From Marsupella aquatica (lineage: Eukaryota; Plantae; Marchantiophyta): 64,000 bases of DNA. The position numbers and the translations under genes were made by a program. The notes beneath the pieces are model-generated. The model ran no database searches. It was not told where the DNA came from and was given only the letters and a program-made list of their open reading frames with translations. Numbering within the stretch: position 1 is the stretch's first letter; every line of letters starts with the position of its first letter. Of the stretch, positions 61,120 through 64,000 are shown piece by piece. The DNA is taken from assembly GCA_973895155.1 (NCBI GenBank), contig OZ316897.1, forward strand, positions 22,605,455-22,669,454, read 5' to 3'.

Positions 61120-63070
61120 ACTTTGTGGCCACAGTTATGAAGGTTTGAAACTAGGTACTTTAAACTTGTAATTCTGGACTGGTTTTTCTACACATTTATG
61201 AACCTTTGGAGCTTGTTATTCTAAATATTTTATTATGTATAACTTTTGTCTCAGGGTTACTAGGCTGTAACTCTGTGACCAGAAAATGAAAAAAATTTGA
61301 CCCTGAGTAGCAAGAAGTAAAGTTTTCTGAGCATTCTGGGAGCAAAGTTCAGATTAGAACCCCAGCCCAGACTGTTACTATGCTACTTAATGTGTATATG
61401 AAAAAGTTAACATTCCAGGAAATAGCAGGAACCACCTCAAAAAATAGTTACACACTAGTAACCTTTATTCCATCCCACCTACAAACCTTTGAAAATCATT
61501 ACTCTAAGCTTTTAATGAACTATATCTATTTCTCCACAGTTAAACTGTTGAAATTCCCTACTCTAGACTTTTAATTAAGTATCTTATTCCACCCCCAAAT
61601 TTACAAACCTTTGAAAATCATTACTCTAATATTATAATTATGTATAAACTTTTAATCATGTATAACTTTTTGGCCTGTTACGAGGTTGCTTTGAAATTCC
61701 ATCCTCTAAACTTTCTCCAGAGTTGATACTCCTTACTCTAGACTTTTAATTAAGGAGTACTTTACAAGAAGTCTCGGGCACTTTGGAATTTTTTTCACCA
61801 AAGCAAACTGGAGTACCATTGCACACACTAAATATAGTGTCTGCTGGCTAAAACGCTTTTTTGTGAATCATTTTTATTGCCCCCAAGGTCTTGCAAGCCA
61901 AGTGCAGCCAATGGTGACAGATCAGGTTACTAAAAGACAGATTGAGGACCCACTCCACCTGAATGTCACCTAATCATTGGCCTAAACTCTTTCTAGATGT
62001 GAGAAGAGAAAATGTTATGAAGTACTTGTGGGTCCCTTGTTAATACAAATGACTTAAAAGAGAAATGGACCAAGAGACCATAAGAAGAGACCTCCGACAG
62101 AGGTGGTCTAAAATGTAGGACAAAAGAGTGCTCTACATGAGCAAAAATTGGGCCCCATTACATTCCATTCATGTAGGATTGGTAACAGTTTCAGTTTATA
62201 ACTTTTTGTAAAGTGAACAGCAACAGTTTCTCCCATCTTGGAGACCAATCTTGGAGACCAATCAAATGTGTAAACTGCCCCCAGCTTCTTGTAAAGCTAC
62301 CCTAAGTATCTCTACATCTCCACAGTTCGGAATCTCTGAAACTCCTTACTCTATTATTTTAATTAATATGTGTGACTTTTTGGCCTCACTAGGAAGCTTT
62401 GAAACTCCTCACTCTAAGAATTTAATGATGTATAACCTTTTTGGCCACAGTTACGAACCTTTTGTGTTTGGTCGAGACAGGAGAGAAAGACAGTGGTGGT
62501 CAGGTTATTCGCCACAGTTACGAAGCTGTGGAACTGGCTACTTTAATCTTTTAATTAAGTATATCTATGTCTCCACACTTACGATCCTTTGAAACTCCTT
62601 ACTCTAAACTTTAAATTATTCCCCTCACTTAGAAAGCTTTGAAACTGGTCACTCTAAGCTCTTGTCACATTTTCCAATGTGTACTCTAGTCCTTGACTTT
62701 GCATGCAATGTGTGGCACTCTTCCCTTTACTTTCTGAGTTCGCATGCAATGTTTGGCACTCGTCCCTTTATTTTCTTCAGTTTGAAGTTGCTTTTCTTTT
62801 TCCTTGTTTGGTATTAGTCCTCTTTAGATCTCTTTTCCCTCTTTTCCTTTGAACCCTTTTTTTTTTTACTTTCATTGAACTTGTTGTTTTCCGGTTTTAA
62901 TGATGTATAACCTTTTTGGCCACAATTAGGAACCTTTTGTGTTTGGTCGAGACAACACAGAGAGGGACACAGTGGTGGTCAGGTTTTGCACCACATTTTT
63001 ACGAACCTTTTTTGTTCAATCGAGACAACTACAGTAGACTAGTGCGATGGACACAGTGGTGGTCAGGTCA
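61120..63070 (+). repeat. Interrupted satellite-like array (about 50-62 bp units) upstream of the dirigent gene
   Basis: Recurrent CCACAGTTACGAA, TTTGAAACTCCTTACTCTA and TGTATAACCTTTTTGGCC in clusters at about 61120-61750, 62320-62660 and 62895-63070. Confidence 0.75.
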
Positions 63071-63313
63071 TAGGGCAAAGCGAGAAGGGCAGAGCAGGCC
63101 ACGGAGCCCTTTTTCTTACTCCCGCCTAAACCCAGGACTGCTATCCTCATTCCCCGTAGTTTTTGCTCACCATTCGATCCACTGTCACCGGCCGTCTCGG
63201 GCTGCCATCGCGCCTGAAGTTTCGAAGCTGGCACGGAACAACGTGCCGCGAATTTGGGATCCAAAGCACGATTAGGCCCGACGTCACAATGTCCCAGACT
63301 CCTCCGAAAGTCA

Positions 63314-63320
63314 TATAAAT
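63314..63320 (+). promoter_or_regulatory. Candidate TATA box of the dirigent gene
   Basis: TATAAAT, followed by a GTAAGA donor at 63371 and a TTGCAG acceptor ending at 63568 just before the ATG (probable 5'UTR intron). Confidence 0.45.
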
Positions 63321-63581
63321 TCCGCAGCAGTCCCAAGATAGAGAGGGCGCTCTTTCACATCGTGTTTCGAGTAAGAGTGGATCGAGAAGCTGCTTCTCGC
63401 CCACCTCTGGACCACACTCAAAGTGATCGACTTAACTTCTCGTCGGCGAAGTATTTCAATGCTTACGGTAGTGAGGACTTATCTGATTCGATCCATATCG
63501 AACGTCATTTCTCGTTTTCGACCTCTCAGTTCGGTGGTCATATTACAGATTCGGATCTCGCATTGCAGGTAATCGTTGAAC

Positions 63582-64000
63582 ATGGCGGGGAACGGCAATA
63601 TGAAGCTCGTTGTTCTGCTTGTAGTTCTGGCTCTGAGCTCGGCGGTGCATGCGAAGCACGGCCCGAAGTATTTGCAGTTGTTTGCACATGAGAGCCGTGT
63701 ACCGCCTACGAACACGCTCATTGTGTCAGCGTCGCCGGATGGGAACTTCAGTGGGATCGACGAGTTTGGCCTAATTAGAACTGTCTCCAATGTTCTCAGA
63801 GAGTCGAGCTCGAATGAGTCAAAGATAATTGGCTCTCAGGTCGGCATTGTCGTTGTCGGGAAGTTCGGGGCCAACGTGTACATCAGCTTTACTTACTTCT
63901 TGAACGAGAACGCGACACATCAGGGCACTATTGCAGTTCACGGCCACATTGACGGAACATCGACCGTGGCTAGAGTTTTTGGTGTGGTTGGCGGGACTGG
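63582..64000 (+). CDS. Dirigent-family secreted protein, truncated by the window end
   Basis: Manual translation: MAGNGNMKLVVLLVVLALSSAVHA (signal peptide), then KYLQLFAHE...FGLIRTVSNVLRE...SKIIGSQVG...GTIAVHG...VFGVVGGT(G). This matches the dirigent motif order and the VVGGTG signature. Second ATG at 63600. Confidence 0.85.
   Translation, partial: MAGNGNMKLVVLLVVLALSSAVHAKHGPKYLQLFAHESRVPPTNTLIVSASPDGNFSGIDEFGLIRTVSNVLRESSSNESKIIGSQVGIVVVGKFGANVYISFTYFLNENATHQGTIAVHGHIDGTSTVARVFGVVGGT

Noticed and set aside
63254-63790. ORFs 63254-63691 (+) and 63479-63790 (-)
   Set aside because: Off-frame or antisense to the dirigent CDS starting at 63582.

Overview
Eukaryotic nuclear DNA from a land plant: GT-AG introns, plant GT34 and dirigent genes, and a Ty1/copia element. 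A bryophyte/liverwort origin is only an inference from gene content. Intact genes: (i) two tandemly duplicated two-exon GT34 glycosyltransferases (1715-4617, 12311-15046) with an unusually long acidic, repeat-containing stem; (ii) a third, compact and divergent GT34 (34495-35706); (iii) a dirigent-family gene running off the right edge (63582->64000), missed by the ORF track. The rest is TE- and pseudogene-rich. A 7.3 kb copia element (39308-46608, minus strand; both LTRs, PBS, TGGAT TSD) lacks its whole RT domain and carries a nested 1.49 kb AGT...ACT element plus a foldback in its leader. Also present are several MITE-like inverted repeats with recoverable TSDs, a separate copia gag relic, and two ankyrin-repeat pseudogene segments on opposite strands 21 kb apart that may be halves of one broken gene. 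There are also decayed kinase/LRR-like relics and minisatellites. No rRNA, tRNA or CRISPR array was seen, and I cannot demonstrate a wholly new biological system. The best leads are the long-stem GT34 pair, the split ankyrin locus and the atypical nested elements.
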